This document shows positions 28,333-38,657 of a stretch of 64,000 bases of DNA, in pieces. Numbering within the stretch: position 1 is the first letter of the stretch; each line of letters starts with the position of its first letter. Below the pieces are notes generated by a model that searched no databases, was not told the origin of the DNA, and saw only the letters and a list, made by a program, of their open reading frames with translations. Source of the DNA: a virus (taxonomy: Duplodnaviria > Caudoviricetes); IMG/VR virus record IMGVR_UViG_3300035505_000313, positions 1 through 64,000 of that record. One strand, written 5' to 3'. A program made the position numbers and the translations under genes.

Positions 28333-28364
28333 TATCCGATAACACCACCAAGTGTTATCGGATA
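28333..28364 (-). terminator. intrinsic terminator
   Basis: TATCCGATAACAC/GTGTTATCGGATA. Confidence 0.65.
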
Positions 28365-28371
28365 ATTTTTG

Positions 28372-29490
28372 TCAATCAGCATCAGGTGTCACAATCTCGA
28401 CTATTTCTTCTTTGCTAATTTCAAAATTGTGTTTCTGTTTGATGAATTCCTCAATGTTCTCAACTGGTTCACCTTTCAAGAAGTCAGTCTCTTTCTCATC
28501 TTTATCCTCTAACAACTTATCTTTAACTGAACTAAGTTCAATCTTGATAGTATCTGTTTCTGAGAAGACTTCTCTAAGGATTTTCAAGTCAGCTACAGAA
28601 ACATCATCTTTACCGACTTTAATCCTGAAATGTGAGTTGTCATTCTCAGTTAATAAGGATTGAAGATTGTCAACAGTTTCCTCTATTGATTCATCATCTG
28701 CTTTATCCAATGTAACAGTCTCATACTGTTCAGCTTCAGTGTTCTCAATAAATTTTACTTTCTGACTTTTGTCTTCTAAATTAGTAAGAGAGACTAAGAA
28801 TCCTTTTGGCTTCTCCTCACCAAAACACCAACGTGAATAAGAACCTATATAATACAGCTTCTTATGTTTATTCCTTGTGTGAATGTGACCAAAGATGATT
28901 AAACCATCTTTTACTGCATTTTCCCATTCATTGTACTTAAATACAGGAGAACCATGAATCAAACGTTCTGATTCTTGAATTTGGTTCTGGAAAGCAAACA
29001 CATCCCAAGTTCCATGACCTATGATGTAATTGTATTCCCTTTCCTTATACTCTGCATAGAAAGCATTTTGGTCATTCATATATTCTTCAGGAACATACAA
29101 AATTTTGACACCACAATATTCTTCTTCAGAAATCGTGTTAATAATCTTCAAGTTCTTAAAAGTTTTCTCATAAGTCTTGAAGTTGTCTAACTGATTAAAA
29201 TCATGTGTCTTAGTACCCTTAATTATACGCACTTCAATGTCCTTTTGTTTGCAAAGTCTTAGCAAACCATGAAAAAATTTGTTTGCATATATGGATGCAG
29301 GTTCAGTTAGCGATATCTTAGTATCGAACATGTCTCCATGAATAAAGATAAAATCAATAGAACTTCCATGTTTCTTGACATAATCAATAAAGATATCAAC
29401 TAACTCCTTATACATCTTTTTAGGGGATATAGCACCCCAGTGTATATCCCCAATATGCAATGCCTTGAATTGTCCTTCATTCTTAAGCAA
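28372..29490 (-). CDS. sbcD: SbcD/Mre11-like metallophosphoesterase nuclease
   Basis: HIGDIHWG, HGDMFD, GTKTHD, GHG, FGHIH, YIGSYSRWCFGEEKPKGF. Confidence 0.85.
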   Translation of the reverse strand: MLKNEGQFKALHIGDIHWGAISPKKMYKELVDIFIDYVKKHGSSIDFIFIHGDMFDTKISLTEPASIYANKFFHGLLRLCKQKDIEVRIIKGTKTHDFNQLDNFKTYEKTFKNLKIINTISEEEYCGVKILYVPEEYMNDQNAFYAEYKEREYNYIIGHGTWDVFAFQNQIQESERLIHGSPVFKYNEWENAVKDGLIIFGHIHTRNKHKKLYYIGSYSRWCFGEEKPKGFLVSLTNLEDKSQKVKFIENTEAEQYETVTLDKADDESIEETVDNLQSLLTENDNSHFRIKVGKDDVSVADLKILREVFSETDTIKIELSSVKDKLLEDKDEKETDFLKGEPVENIEEFIKQKHNFEISKEEIVEIVTPDAD

Positions 29491-30481
29491 TGCTTTTTTC
29501 CTCCTTGTCTTTTAATACCAATGATGTATGAACTGCCCATGTAGCAGTTTCAGGAATTACTACAACAAGACCAAGATTGTCAAAGTGAATTCTGTTTCCC
29601 ATAAACTGCATACCATTTTGTTTTCCATTGAATGTTGTACTAGTTACATACATAAAATCCAATGAACCATCACCATTGTCATGTGCTATAATAGTATGGT
29701 TATATGTTTCTTTTGCCCTTAAATAGTAATTAAACCTACCCCTAGAATACAGTAAGATAGAGTTGTCTGGAATTTTCTCGTTTTTAACTTTCTTACATAA
29801 ATCCAGACCAAGAAGCTTATCATTAAGCTGAACCACTTCTACTTTCTTACCATTTAGTAGTGTACCCTCATCAGATTCACTTACAAAGATATCCATAATA
29901 ACACGTACTTCATCATCTATGCTATTAAGATAATTTTCAAGGTTCTCAACTTTTCTTCCTTTTCTTGGTCTAGGCTTTGGTCCAGATAACTTCTTCAAGC
30001 TTTCTTTAGGTTGAATTACCTCCTTTGGTTTATTGTCTTCTTCTTCATACTCGTCATCAAATAATTCATCTGCGTCTAAACTGAAGAACTTATTTAGTAA
30101 CATTAAGCAAGCATGGATAAGACCATAAGCAAATCTTGTACATATTTTTCCTCCTTGTTTAACTTCTTCTTCAAGGTGGCTTACATCTACTCTTTCATAG
30201 CTTTTGGTCTTTTCATTATAATAACCAATCCATTCAATACACTTAGTTAATCCACTAAAAATACATTTTTCAATAATGTCTAACTGTGTACCATCACAAA
30301 AGTTGTCTAATCGACCTTGTTTTCCATTATAAATCTCTCCTTCCAAAGATGATGGAATAAGAAAACATTCGTCAACTATCCATCCAGTGGGAACTCCTGA
30401 GAAAGTAAATTTTCTCGTAACATATAGAGATTTAATATTCTCTTTGTCTGATTGAAATTCATAAAGTTTTTGTGTGTTCAT
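29483..30481 (-). CDS. hypothetical protein
   Basis: 332 aa ORF. Confidence 0.7.
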   Translation of the reverse strand: MNTQKLYEFQSDKENIKSLYVTRKFTFSGVPTGWIVDECFLIPSSLEGEIYNGKQGRLDNFCDGTQLDIIEKCIFSGLTKCIEWIGYYNEKTKSYERVDVSHLEEEVKQGGKICTRFAYGLIHACLMLLNKFFSLDADELFDDEYEEEDNKPKEVIQPKESLKKLSGPKPRPRKGRKVENLENYLNSIDDEVRVIMDIFVSESDEGTLLNGKKVEVVQLNDKLLGLDLCKKVKNEKIPDNSILLYSRGRFNYYLRAKETYNHTIIAHDNGDGSLDFMYVTSTTFNGKQNGMQFMGNRIHFDNLGLVVVIPETATWAVHTSLVLKDKEEKSIA

Positions 30482-30483
30482 AT

Positions 30484-31059
30484 TTACAATACCCCTTTCG
30501 TTCTTCTGATTCTTGAATTCCTAATAGGATATTCAAACATTGCTAAATGTTCTGTGTGTTCAACAACTGTAAAATCACCAGTATCTTTAGCAGCTAGTCT
30601 ATGAAACTCTGCATAAGCTTGATGTTTTATTTTCTGATAATTTTCTTTATAATACTTTACAGCAGTATCTCCTACCTCAATTTTCTCCTCAAGTTCTTCT
30701 GGTACTTTTACTTGTACATTTATATAAGCCAACTTTGTATAATATCTCAAGTATAACTTATATTTGTATGAATAAGCATCAGTCTCAAGTCTTTCACATT
30801 CTCCCAAGTAAATAAGACCTTTCTTAATGTCTTCATCGAATTTGAAATTGTTTTCATAGAAATATTTCATATCAATAAACTTGAGATAACCAGTTTTGTA
30901 ATCCTTAAGCACAGATTTAATACCGAGATAATTTTCACCTAATCCATAGGATTTAAACATTTCTATTGCTTCATCCAGTGAAGTAACTTTATTATTAACA
31001 AGTTCCCAATCAAAATCTGCATATACTTCACATAAAACTGGTATGGTTAAAAATTTCAT
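30484..31059 (-). CDS. hypothetical protein
   Basis: 191 aa ORF, SD AGGAGG. Confidence 0.7.
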   Translation of the reverse strand: MKFLTIPVLCEVYADFDWELVNNKVTSLDEAIEMFKSYGLGENYLGIKSVLKDYKTGYLKFIDMKYFYENNFKFDEDIKKGLIYLGECERLETDAYSYKYKLYLRYYTKLAYINVQVKVPEELEEKIEVGDTAVKYYKENYQKIKHQAYAEFHRLAAKDTGDFTVVEHTEHLAMFEYPIRNSRIRRTKGVL

Positions 31060-31081
31060 AAGTAAGTTCCTCCTTTCGTTT

Positions 31082-31274
31082 TTAATTTTCTAATAATAAA
31101 AGTCCTTTGTTGTTAATATCACATGGATGGAAGTTGATTAATTTTATTGAATCTTCAATAAAATCAATAGCATCATCTGCACTTTTAAATTTCTTAGGTA
31201 AATAAACAAATCCTTCATCATTACCCTTCACAAGTAACAGTTAAATGAAATTTCTTGGTTTCTTCTTGTTTCAT
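31082..31274 (-). pseudogene. frameshifted small ORF (~63 aa if repaired)
   Basis: Strong SD and ATG at 31274 stop after 17 codons; a shifted frame continues LLLVKGNDEGFVYLPKKFKSADDAIDFIEDS to TAA at 31082. Confidence 0.4.
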
Positions 31275-31327
31275 AAAATAAATTCCTCCTTTTTTTTACT
31301 ATAAGTTTTATTATAAAATGCTTTTTA

Positions 31328-31350
31328 ATAATATATATTTAAGGAAATTT
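31328..31350 (-). promoter_or_regulatory. early-type phage promoter
   Basis: AAATT-N10-TATATTAT heading the minus-strand operon. Confidence 0.55.
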
Positions 31351-31370
31351 TTAGAATGTTAAACTCTATG

Positions 31371-31382
31371 AACAAAATAATA
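31371..31382 (+). promoter_or_regulatory. late-type promoter AACA-N6-TA (structural operon)
   Basis: AACA-AAATAA-TA 30 nt upstream of 31412. Confidence 0.6.
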
Positions 31383-31411
31383 TAAAAATATATAGAAAGG
31401 AATAAGGAATT

Positions 31412-32356
31412 ATGAAGCATTTAGGAGATACTTTCTTGTATAAGAAGACAAAAGTTAATAACTTTACTAAAGAAGTTGCTAAAATTAACTTCAATACAGA
31501 AAGAGTTGATATTAAAGAGATTGAAGAAAATCTAAAGATTATCTCAAGAAGATTTGCTTATTCTTTGAAAACTCAAGCTATCCAAAACCTTGAGAATGAC
31601 CGTACAATTTGTATTTATCCTAATGATAATACCCTTACAAAGACGCTTCCAGTATTCTTAAAGTCTAATCCAAAAGTAGATGGTGGCATATCTGCTATCG
31701 TAAACTTAAGATTGCATGGAACTAGGACTAAGGATGGTTATATCAGTATAGATAACCGAACATTGTATGGGTTATTAGAGGATGCTCTTATTTACAGATA
31801 TCTTTGGCTTAACTGGGGACAATTCGAGTATAACACACAGATTATGAGATTGTCTACTAAAATATATGTGAAACTGTTTAATAAGATTCTGGATAGATTA
31901 TTTGGTTTGAACTTATCACCAACTGAATCAGACCAGATTAACTACTGTATCGGTAAGTTTTTCTTGCTTGGTATCATAGAAAAACCTGCAAGTGATATAG
32001 TAAATGACTTAGCTTATTCATGTATCTTCAATCAATCTACTAAGAATATGGTAATTGGTTGTGACGATGAATTTTCAAATGAAGCTTATTTAGATATAAA
32101 TGAATTTATAGGAAATCTTAGAGAAAGATTTCCGATTTTATCTAAGCTTAACATGAGGAAATTCCTTGAAACTTGGATGACTATGTTTGGTGATGCTAGT
32201 ATGTTTGCTATGGAATATTATCCATCTTTACTAGAAATGGTATTCTGCGGAGCTATTATAGGTTGCAGATTAACTGCTAAAGATAGCTTTATAGATAACT
32301 TAGTTGGTAAGGATGCTTTAAGCTTACATACTGAAATTTCTAAATTAATAAAGTAA
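31412..32356 (+). CDS. hypothetical (putative virion) protein
   Basis: 314 aa, first gene of a late-type operon. Confidence 0.7.
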   Translation: MKHLGDTFLYKKTKVNNFTKEVAKINFNTERVDIKEIEENLKIISRRFAYSLKTQAIQNLENDRTICIYPNDNTLTKTLPVFLKSNPKVDGGISAIVNLRLHGTRTKDGYISIDNRTLYGLLEDALIYRYLWLNWGQFEYNTQIMRLSTKIYVKLFNKILDRLFGLNLSPTESDQINYCIGKFFLLGIIEKPASDIVNDLAYSCIFNQSTKNMVIGCDDEFSNEAYLDINEFIGNLRERFPILSKLNMRKFLETWMTMFGDASMFAMEYYPSLLEMVFCGAIIGCRLTAKDSFIDNLVGKDALSLHTEISKLIK

Positions 32357-32370
32357 GGAGGATAAGAATA

Positions 32371-35300
32371 ATGCCTAATAATAGTAACGACTCTAATGAG
32401 AGTGTTATTGAGCCTGAAGAATTAGATTTAGACTATAATGAAGATGAAGATAACGAAACAGAAGACACTGAAGATTCTTATCTTGATAGCATGGGTGATG
32501 ATACATTAGAAGATGATGATACCGAAATCATTGATGAAACTCCATCAGGTTCTACACCAGATACTAGTGAAGAAGAAGATGTTGATTTCAAAGAAGATGA
32601 AGATAGGTATAATGATTCTGGTGATGTTATTAATACACTTGGAGAGCTTGTAGATTATGAATATACCTATTCAGTATCTAAGGAATCTGCAGTAGATAAG
32701 TATAAGAAGAAGATTAAACCTTATACTAATAACACACAGTTGTTAGAGAATCTTCAAAAGATGATTAATATTGATATCGACTATATCAGAAAGTTTATGG
32801 TAGCATCATCACGTATTGCATACCAGAGAGATTGGACACTTGATGTAGTTGATAAGTATGTATACAAAGAGACTTTCAATAATGATAGTCACTTATATAA
32901 CTTTCATGAAGATAAAGTTATGTTGGTTTATGCTGATTATACAGTTTTTTCTCAGCATTATGACTTTAAGCTTTATGTATATCACAATGGTAAATTACTT
33001 AGTGACAAGTATTACTTTGATGTACCATCTGATAAGCATTACAACTTCAAGAGTGGAATGAGAAGACTTTTCATTGAGAAAGAGATTTTTTCTGATGGAG
33101 ATAAGATTTCTATTGTTGTTAAGAAGATGAAGAAACTTACTTCATATCAGCAGTATATTCACATTGATAACGTATCTATCGTTGACTATAAGTTTGATAA
33201 AAGGTCTATTGGTGATTTCAATGGTCTTGTAGAAAACTTAGTTGTATTCAAAAAATACAATACTGCAGAGAGTACATTCATGTTAGTAGACCCTGACTTT
33301 TACAGTATTGTAGAAGATGGTAATTATTTATGGTTTACTATTAATGAAGATGTTACTCTGGATAGTTCATATGTGATTATAAATACATTGAAAGAGCTTG
33401 AGATTAAGTATACTACAACTGAAGAAGTTGATAATGAATTATCTGATGCTGAAAATGATGGAAAGCTTACTAGAGATGATTACCTTAAGCATGAAGCTAC
33501 ATTACGTTATGATTTAGTAACTAATGTACAGATTGATAAGGGTACAAAAGCTATTGGTACAGCAGATAACATCATTGAGTATCTTCCATTACCAGTAAGT
33601 TGTGCTGAAGAAGTTGAATGTTATGTGAATGGATTAAGATTGATTCCTAATATTGACTTCAAAGTAGTTAGTGATGATGGAAGTCCTTATCAGATTGAAT
33701 TCTATGGAATCATTAAGCAAGGTTCTGAGATTCTTATCAGAAATAGAAATTTCATGGCTAATAAGTACTATGGTTTCTATAAGCATCTTAATGCTATTGA
33801 TGAAGAAGGATTTGTATCACTTGCTGAATTGATGTTACCTATATCTGAGCAATATATTGAAACCTTTATTGGTAGACGTAGAGTACCTGCTGCAGAAAAG
33901 AGATATGTTGCTGATACTATTATCAAATTTGATAATCAGACAGCTTTTAATAATTGTGAAATCTTCCCAGAGATTGAATTTATGCCTATGACGATTCAGG
34001 TATTATCATACTTCAATCAAGCAAAGCCTACATTACCTAGATTGGCTGATATCTATCGTGATGAACTTACAACTAACTGGTTGGAATATAATGACTTGAA
34101 TCCTAATACAGATACTAATGATGAAGTATATACTCAAGAGGAAATCTTCATGGGTAGAATCTGTAAGATTGAACTGTGGGCAAATCCGACAGTTGCTATT
34201 GAGGGTAGAGAACCTGAATTCACTGTTATTGGTAAGTATAATGATGACGACTATGGCATTGATATCACATCTTCATGTGAGATTTCAATGTTCAATAAGT
34301 TCCAGTTAGGAACTCAAGTTGTTACAGCTTACTATAAAGAGGGTGGTGTAGAATACTCTGATAGTGTAGAGATTGAAGTTATATATAAAGGGCTTGTCAA
34401 TATCAACATTGTTACAGCTACTAATCTTTATATTATCGGTGATACGATTAAAGATGGTGTATCAGTTGTTGCTACATTTGAAGATGGTTCTACTCAAGTT
34501 GTTACAGATAGATGTACCATTGATTGTCCGTTAACTGCTAGAGAAGTAGGTGCAGAGACAATTAAGGTTTCATTCGAATACAATAATCAGACCATTACAG
34601 CTACTAAGTCAGTCTTAGTTAGTGATGCTTCTGATAGAAAGATTGATAGTATCGAAGTAGTTCTTGATAACTATGTTAAGGATGATACTTCTAATTACAG
34701 TACTATGAAATTCTTTGCTAAGTTTAATAATAACTTTGTACAAGAACTTGACCCAGAGTGTATGGATGTTTACTTAGTATCTAATGATTCAACTAAAGCT
34801 GATACATTGATTGAAGATATCAGTAATGTATCACTTCCTTTAAATGAAGATGTTAGACTTAGAGTTGACCTTTATACATCATCTGAAAAAGCAGAGCTTA
34901 TTCCTTATGTTAAGGATGGAGTTCAATACATCACTATTCGTGTACTTAGAAATGATATTGATAGCCAGAGCAGACTTATCATCTTTGATAATTCTGTATA
35001 TTCTATTTCACAGGATTATACAATTCCTGAAGGTGCTAAGTATTATCGTATTAAGGATGCTAGTACAGGAATTTATGTATCCGTTGGTGAAAATGAGGTT
35101 GGTGAAGATGCTATCGGATTTGCTAATCTTGAAAATGACCAGTTACTTATTGTTGAATTCCTTAATGAAGAACATGAGAACATTGAACAACTTTTGTTTA
35201 AGGCTAGAAGTGCAGTTTACTATAAAGAGACTGTACATGCTAACATGGTTGGTAGTGTTACTCAAGGATTCACAGTTCAAGTTAACAAGATTTCTCTTGG

Positions 35301-35964
35301 AAAAGAGTTAGTTGATATTGACTTAGATAATGTAACTCTGTTAAATGCAGATAATGAAGTTATCTGTAAATTCAATAACCTTAAAGGTGATACTGTTAGA
35401 GAATCTGACAATGTTATCTGCTTCCACTTCTATGACTTTAATACAACAGATGGTAGTGTTACTGTCATTGCTGATTACTTATACAATCATCCTGATGATG
35501 AAGTATTTGTATTGGATATTCTTAACTGTGATAAACAGGTTAGTGTTAAACTTCCAAATACCAATATTACTAAGGTTGGTTGGAATAAGATGTCATTTGA
35601 AGTTGATAATGAAGGAAACTACTATCTAAATATTACACCTGATACAAGCTATATTGATTACTCTAACAAGATTAAGTTCTTGACAACTTATGAAGCTAGA
35701 CCTAATATCAATAATCTGCTTCATGTTGAAGGTTATAATGTTGCTAAGATATTAGCTGATACAACCTTTGAATTATTAGTACCTAAGACACGTTATGGTG
35801 TCAATAAATACATCTTTGTATATACAGATAAATCTGAAAATGAATACTATATTACTATGGATGTTACTATTGGTTTGGATGCTAATAACAAGGTTAGAGT
35901 TACTCATGTCAATGGTCAATTTATTAATTCTGATGATTACTTTAATGCAAGCATTAATCAGTAG
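32371..35964 (+). CDS. large putative virion/baseplate protein with acidic N-terminus and Ig-like repeats
   Basis: 1197 aa; first ~85 aa D/E-rich; 2-3 Big-like repeats (e.g. VSVVATFEDGSTQVVTD). Confidence 0.65.
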   Translation: MPNNSNDSNESVIEPEELDLDYNEDEDNETEDTEDSYLDSMGDDTLEDDDTEIIDETPSGSTPDTSEEEDVDFKEDEDRYNDSGDVINTLGELVDYEYTYSVSKESAVDKYKKKIKPYTNNTQLLENLQKMINIDIDYIRKFMVASSRIAYQRDWTLDVVDKYVYKETFNNDSHLYNFHEDKVMLVYADYTVFSQHYDFKLYVYHNGKLLSDKYYFDVPSDKHYNFKSGMRRLFIEKEIFSDGDKISIVVKKMKKLTSYQQYIHIDNVSIVDYKFDKRSIGDFNGLVENLVVFKKYNTAESTFMLVDPDFYSIVEDGNYLWFTINEDVTLDSSYVIINTLKELEIKYTTTEEVDNELSDAENDGKLTRDDYLKHEATLRYDLVTNVQIDKGTKAIGTADNIIEYLPLPVSCAEEVECYVNGLRLIPNIDFKVVSDDGSPYQIEFYGIIKQGSEILIRNRNFMANKYYGFYKHLNAIDEEGFVSLAELMLPISEQYIETFIGRRRVPAAEKRYVADTIIKFDNQTAFNNCEIFPEIEFMPMTIQVLSYFNQAKPTLPRLADIYRDELTTNWLEYNDLNPNTDTNDEVYTQEEIFMGRICKIELWANPTVAIEGREPEFTVIGKYNDDDYGIDITSSCEISMFNKFQLGTQVVTAYYKEGGVEYSDSVEIEVIYKGLVNINIVTATNLYIIGDTIKDGVSVVATFEDGSTQVVTDRCTIDCPLTAREVGAETIKVSFEYNNQTITATKSVLVSDASDRKIDSIEVVLDNYVKDDTSNYSTMKFFAKFNNNFVQELDPECMDVYLVSNDSTKADTLIEDISNVSLPLNEDVRLRVDLYTSSEKAELIPYVKDGVQYITIRVLRNDIDSQSRLIIFDNSVYSISQDYTIPEGAKYYRIKDASTGIYVSVGENEVGEDAIGFANLENDQLLIVEFLNEEHENIEQLLFKARSAVYYKETVHANMVGSVTQGFTVQVNKISLGKELVDIDLDNVTLLNADNEVICKFNNLKGDTVRESDNVICFHFYDFNTTDGSVTVIADYLYNHPDDEVFVLDILNCDKQVSVKLPNTNITKVGWNKMSFEVDNEGNYYLNITPDTSYIDYSNKIKFLTTYEARPNINNLLHVEGYNVAKILADTTFELLVPKTRYGVNKYIFVYTDKSENEYYITMDVTIGLDANNKVRVTHVNGQFINSDDYFNASINQ

Positions 35965-35981
35965 AGAGAAAGGAAGATATT

Positions 35982-36260
35982 ATGACAACTAATGAGAGTT
36001 TTGTAATTTATGTAGAACCTACTATAGTTGGCTGTAAATTATCCTTATCTGTACTTGAAAATAAAACTTACTCTAGTTGGGCGGTTAAAGACGCTTTTAA
36101 TGGCTTAACTAGAGAAGTTTCAATAGATGAAAGTATTGAAGGGTTCTTCACAGCAAATTCAATGGTAGACCTTTATATTTTTGATAATAACCATAAGAAT
36201 TCTATTATCAAGAATGTCAAAATCTTAGAGAAGAATGATGAGGTGAGTGAGAATGTATAA
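35982..36260 (+). CDS. hypothetical protein
   Basis: 92 aa ORF, SD AGGAAG. Confidence 0.6.
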   Translation: MTTNESFVIYVEPTIVGCKLSLSVLENKTYSSWAVKDAFNGLTREVSIDESIEGFFTANSMVDLYIFDNNHKNSIIKNVKILEKNDEVSENV

Positions 36261-37797
36261 GAATAGTATGGATGGTGCAACCATTATGTTTATTGGTGAC
36301 ACTTATTGTAAAGCTTATAATATCTCTTACCTTAATGCAAACTACAATAAGATTATGTGTAATCTTCAAAGTGTTAAGAAGATTTATTATAAATGCAATG
36401 AATCCAGAAACAGTTGGATTAACTATAAGAAAGCATTAGTTAAAGAACAGAATAAGAATCTTTCTTATATTGAAAGAATCTTACGAGGTCTTAAGAATGA
36501 TTTCTTATCTGAAGAAGAGTTTCAGGATATGCCTGAATGTGAGTATACTGATTATTGTGGATTTACTTATACAATAGGTGCAAGAGATGGTTTAGATGAT
36601 GCTACATCTGTTAAACAACTTAAGCAGATTTATCAGAACAATATTCAGAAGAAGATTGAGTATGATGTTAATGAAGAATGTTATAGACTTACTGTTAACT
36701 TTAGAACTCCTATTGATGACAGTTTAGTTACATTCAATGGCTTATTTGAACCATTTGAAAGAATTAAGGATGCTAAGAAGACTACTATGATTGTCTATTA
36801 TGAAAGAGACGGTCTTGTATTCCCTAAAGATAGTGATGGAAACTATAAGGAAGATTGGTGTTATATCTTACCTTATGTTTGGAATGGTGTCACTATTGAT
36901 GAGGAATTCATCTATCCAATTAGGAGAGAAGATGAATGGTTAGTCTTCAATGAAGAAATTGATTCTAGTTATTTGATTGTATATAATAAGTGCTTATATC
37001 AATATGAAGTGAATAAGTATGATTCACATTACATTAAGATTGGTGGTGGCATTGATATCGGTAATTCTAACAACTTTAAGTTAGAAGATATCTATGCTAT
37101 TAAGCTTAGAAGTGAAGATGACCAGTTGATTAAGCAACAGAAGTTAATTGGCTTCTATAATGAACATGATGATACAGTATACTTCCCAGAAAGTATTGAA
37201 AATGCATTGATTACCTATAATGGTATTCATCATAGCTATATGATTAAGCCTAATAGGAAATCAATTAAGTTTAAGATTCCAGGTGACCTTGTATTAGATA
37301 CTATTACAGGTGTTGACGAAGAATCTCATATCATTGCAGTTAACTTGTATACTGGACCTTCTCCTGTAGCTGCAGTAGATTTCCCATCTTCAGATTTAGC
37401 TAGAGCTGCTAATCAGATGATTGATATCTATCGTAATAAGCTTAAGCAAGCTGAAGACAGAGTTACTGCATTGGAGAAGACTAGAGATTTGATTTATGAT
37501 GACTTTAATGAACAATTAGAGTTCTCTTATGATAATCCTACTACATTTACATTAAGTTATATTCCAGACCCTAAGTCTTTACGTTTGTATATTAATAATG
37601 TTGAGTATGAGAAAGATATTTACTTTACTTATGATGCAGACAATAAGTCTATTGAGTGGATATTTACTGAAATGAATGATGGTTTTGACTTATCTCCTGA
37701 AATGGAAATCAATGTTGTTTACGATTTGTACTATTCTGTGAATAATATAACAGATATAGATACATTTAAAGAATATATTGATTCTGTACAGTCATAA
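36247..37797 (+). CDS. putative tail/baseplate protein
   Basis: 516 aa; C-terminal domain shared with 40598..42040. Confidence 0.65.
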   Translation: MRMYKNSMDGATIMFIGDTYCKAYNISYLNANYNKIMCNLQSVKKIYYKCNESRNSWINYKKALVKEQNKNLSYIERILRGLKNDFLSEEEFQDMPECEYTDYCGFTYTIGARDGLDDATSVKQLKQIYQNNIQKKIEYDVNEECYRLTVNFRTPIDDSLVTFNGLFEPFERIKDAKKTTMIVYYERDGLVFPKDSDGNYKEDWCYILPYVWNGVTIDEEFIYPIRREDEWLVFNEEIDSSYLIVYNKCLYQYEVNKYDSHYIKIGGGIDIGNSNNFKLEDIYAIKLRSEDDQLIKQQKLIGFYNEHDDTVYFPESIENALITYNGIHHSYMIKPNRKSIKFKIPGDLVLDTITGVDEESHIIAVNLYTGPSPVAAVDFPSSDLARAANQMIDIYRNKLKQAEDRVTALEKTRDLIYDDFNEQLEFSYDNPTTFTLSYIPDPKSLRLYINNVEYEKDIYFTYDADNKSIEWIFTEMNDGFDLSPEMEINVVYDLYYSVNNITDIDTFKEYIDSVQS

Positions 37798-37815
37798 CAA
37801 ATAAATAAGAAGATA

Positions 37816-37846
37816 TAGGCATAGGAAGTATTTCTTCCTATGCCTA
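37816..37846 (+). terminator. intrinsic terminator
   Basis: TAGGCATAGGAAG/CTTCCTATGCCTA followed by a T-rich tract. Confidence 0.75.
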
Positions 37847-37890
37847 CTTTTATTTTATTTCATTACATTATTATTTTATATCAAAGGTAG

Positions 37891-38634
37891 GTGAATCATA
37901 TGCCATATAATTATAAAGGCAAGACAGCATCACCTAAAAATCAAAAGTTGATAAGCTTAGACCAATTAGCTGATGGAAAGGCTATTTCCAAAGCATTGTC
38001 TAAAATTGAAGAAATTGCAGGATTAGTAAAAGCTAAAGAATTAGAGAATGTTAGAACTAAAGATGAAGCTATTACTATGGACGATTTAGGTCAAGATGTC
38101 ATTGATTTACTTGAAGGTAATCGAGATGATTCATATTTACGTAAGAAAATAGCTTCTCTTGAGAAACTTCTTATAGGTAAAATGGATAGAACAGACCTCT
38201 TAGGATATCGTAAAAATGCAGTTCCTATCAACAAAGGTGATTTAGATGCATCCCTTATTAAATTTATCGAAGATACTCCTAAAAATTACTTTGATAGTAC
38301 TGTAAATTCTCAGATTGCTTCATTGAAAACATCTAAAGCAAATAAGAGTGACACTGGATGTGTCAGTGAATTAACACATGACTTTAAAAATATTCTTGAG
38401 AATGAATATGGTGAAGTCAATCTTGTTAATGCTTTGAATTATATTTTTAAGCTGAATGTGAATTATTACAGCGTTGAAGATAGTGGATATCTTGAAGTTG
38501 ATAATGAAAATGTGACAGTGGAAGTAGTAGATTCTGGTGTTATTTCAGATGATGATGACCCATCTACTCAGAATGTAGAAGTTCACGACTTCGGTACATT
38601 ATTCCCTGAAGATTCTACGATTCAATACGAATAA
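37891..38634 (+). CDS. hypothetical (putative tail) protein
   Basis: 247 aa; repeated ITMDDL/INKGDL/ISLDQL motifs also seen in the next gene. Confidence 0.65.
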   Translation: MNHMPYNYKGKTASPKNQKLISLDQLADGKAISKALSKIEEIAGLVKAKELENVRTKDEAITMDDLGQDVIDLLEGNRDDSYLRKKIASLEKLLIGKMDRTDLLGYRKNAVPINKGDLDASLIKFIEDTPKNYFDSTVNSQIASLKTSKANKSDTGCVSELTHDFKNILENEYGEVNLVNALNYIFKLNVNYYSVEDSGYLEVDNENVTVEVVDSGVISDDDDPSTQNVEVHDFGTLFPEDSTIQYE

Positions 38635-38657
38635 AATTGAAAGGTTGGTGTAAATAA

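Noticed and set aside
37796-37807. AACA-N6-TA as a promoter for 37891
   Set aside because: It lies immediately upstream of a strong terminator (37816-37846), so it may be a chance match; not counted.
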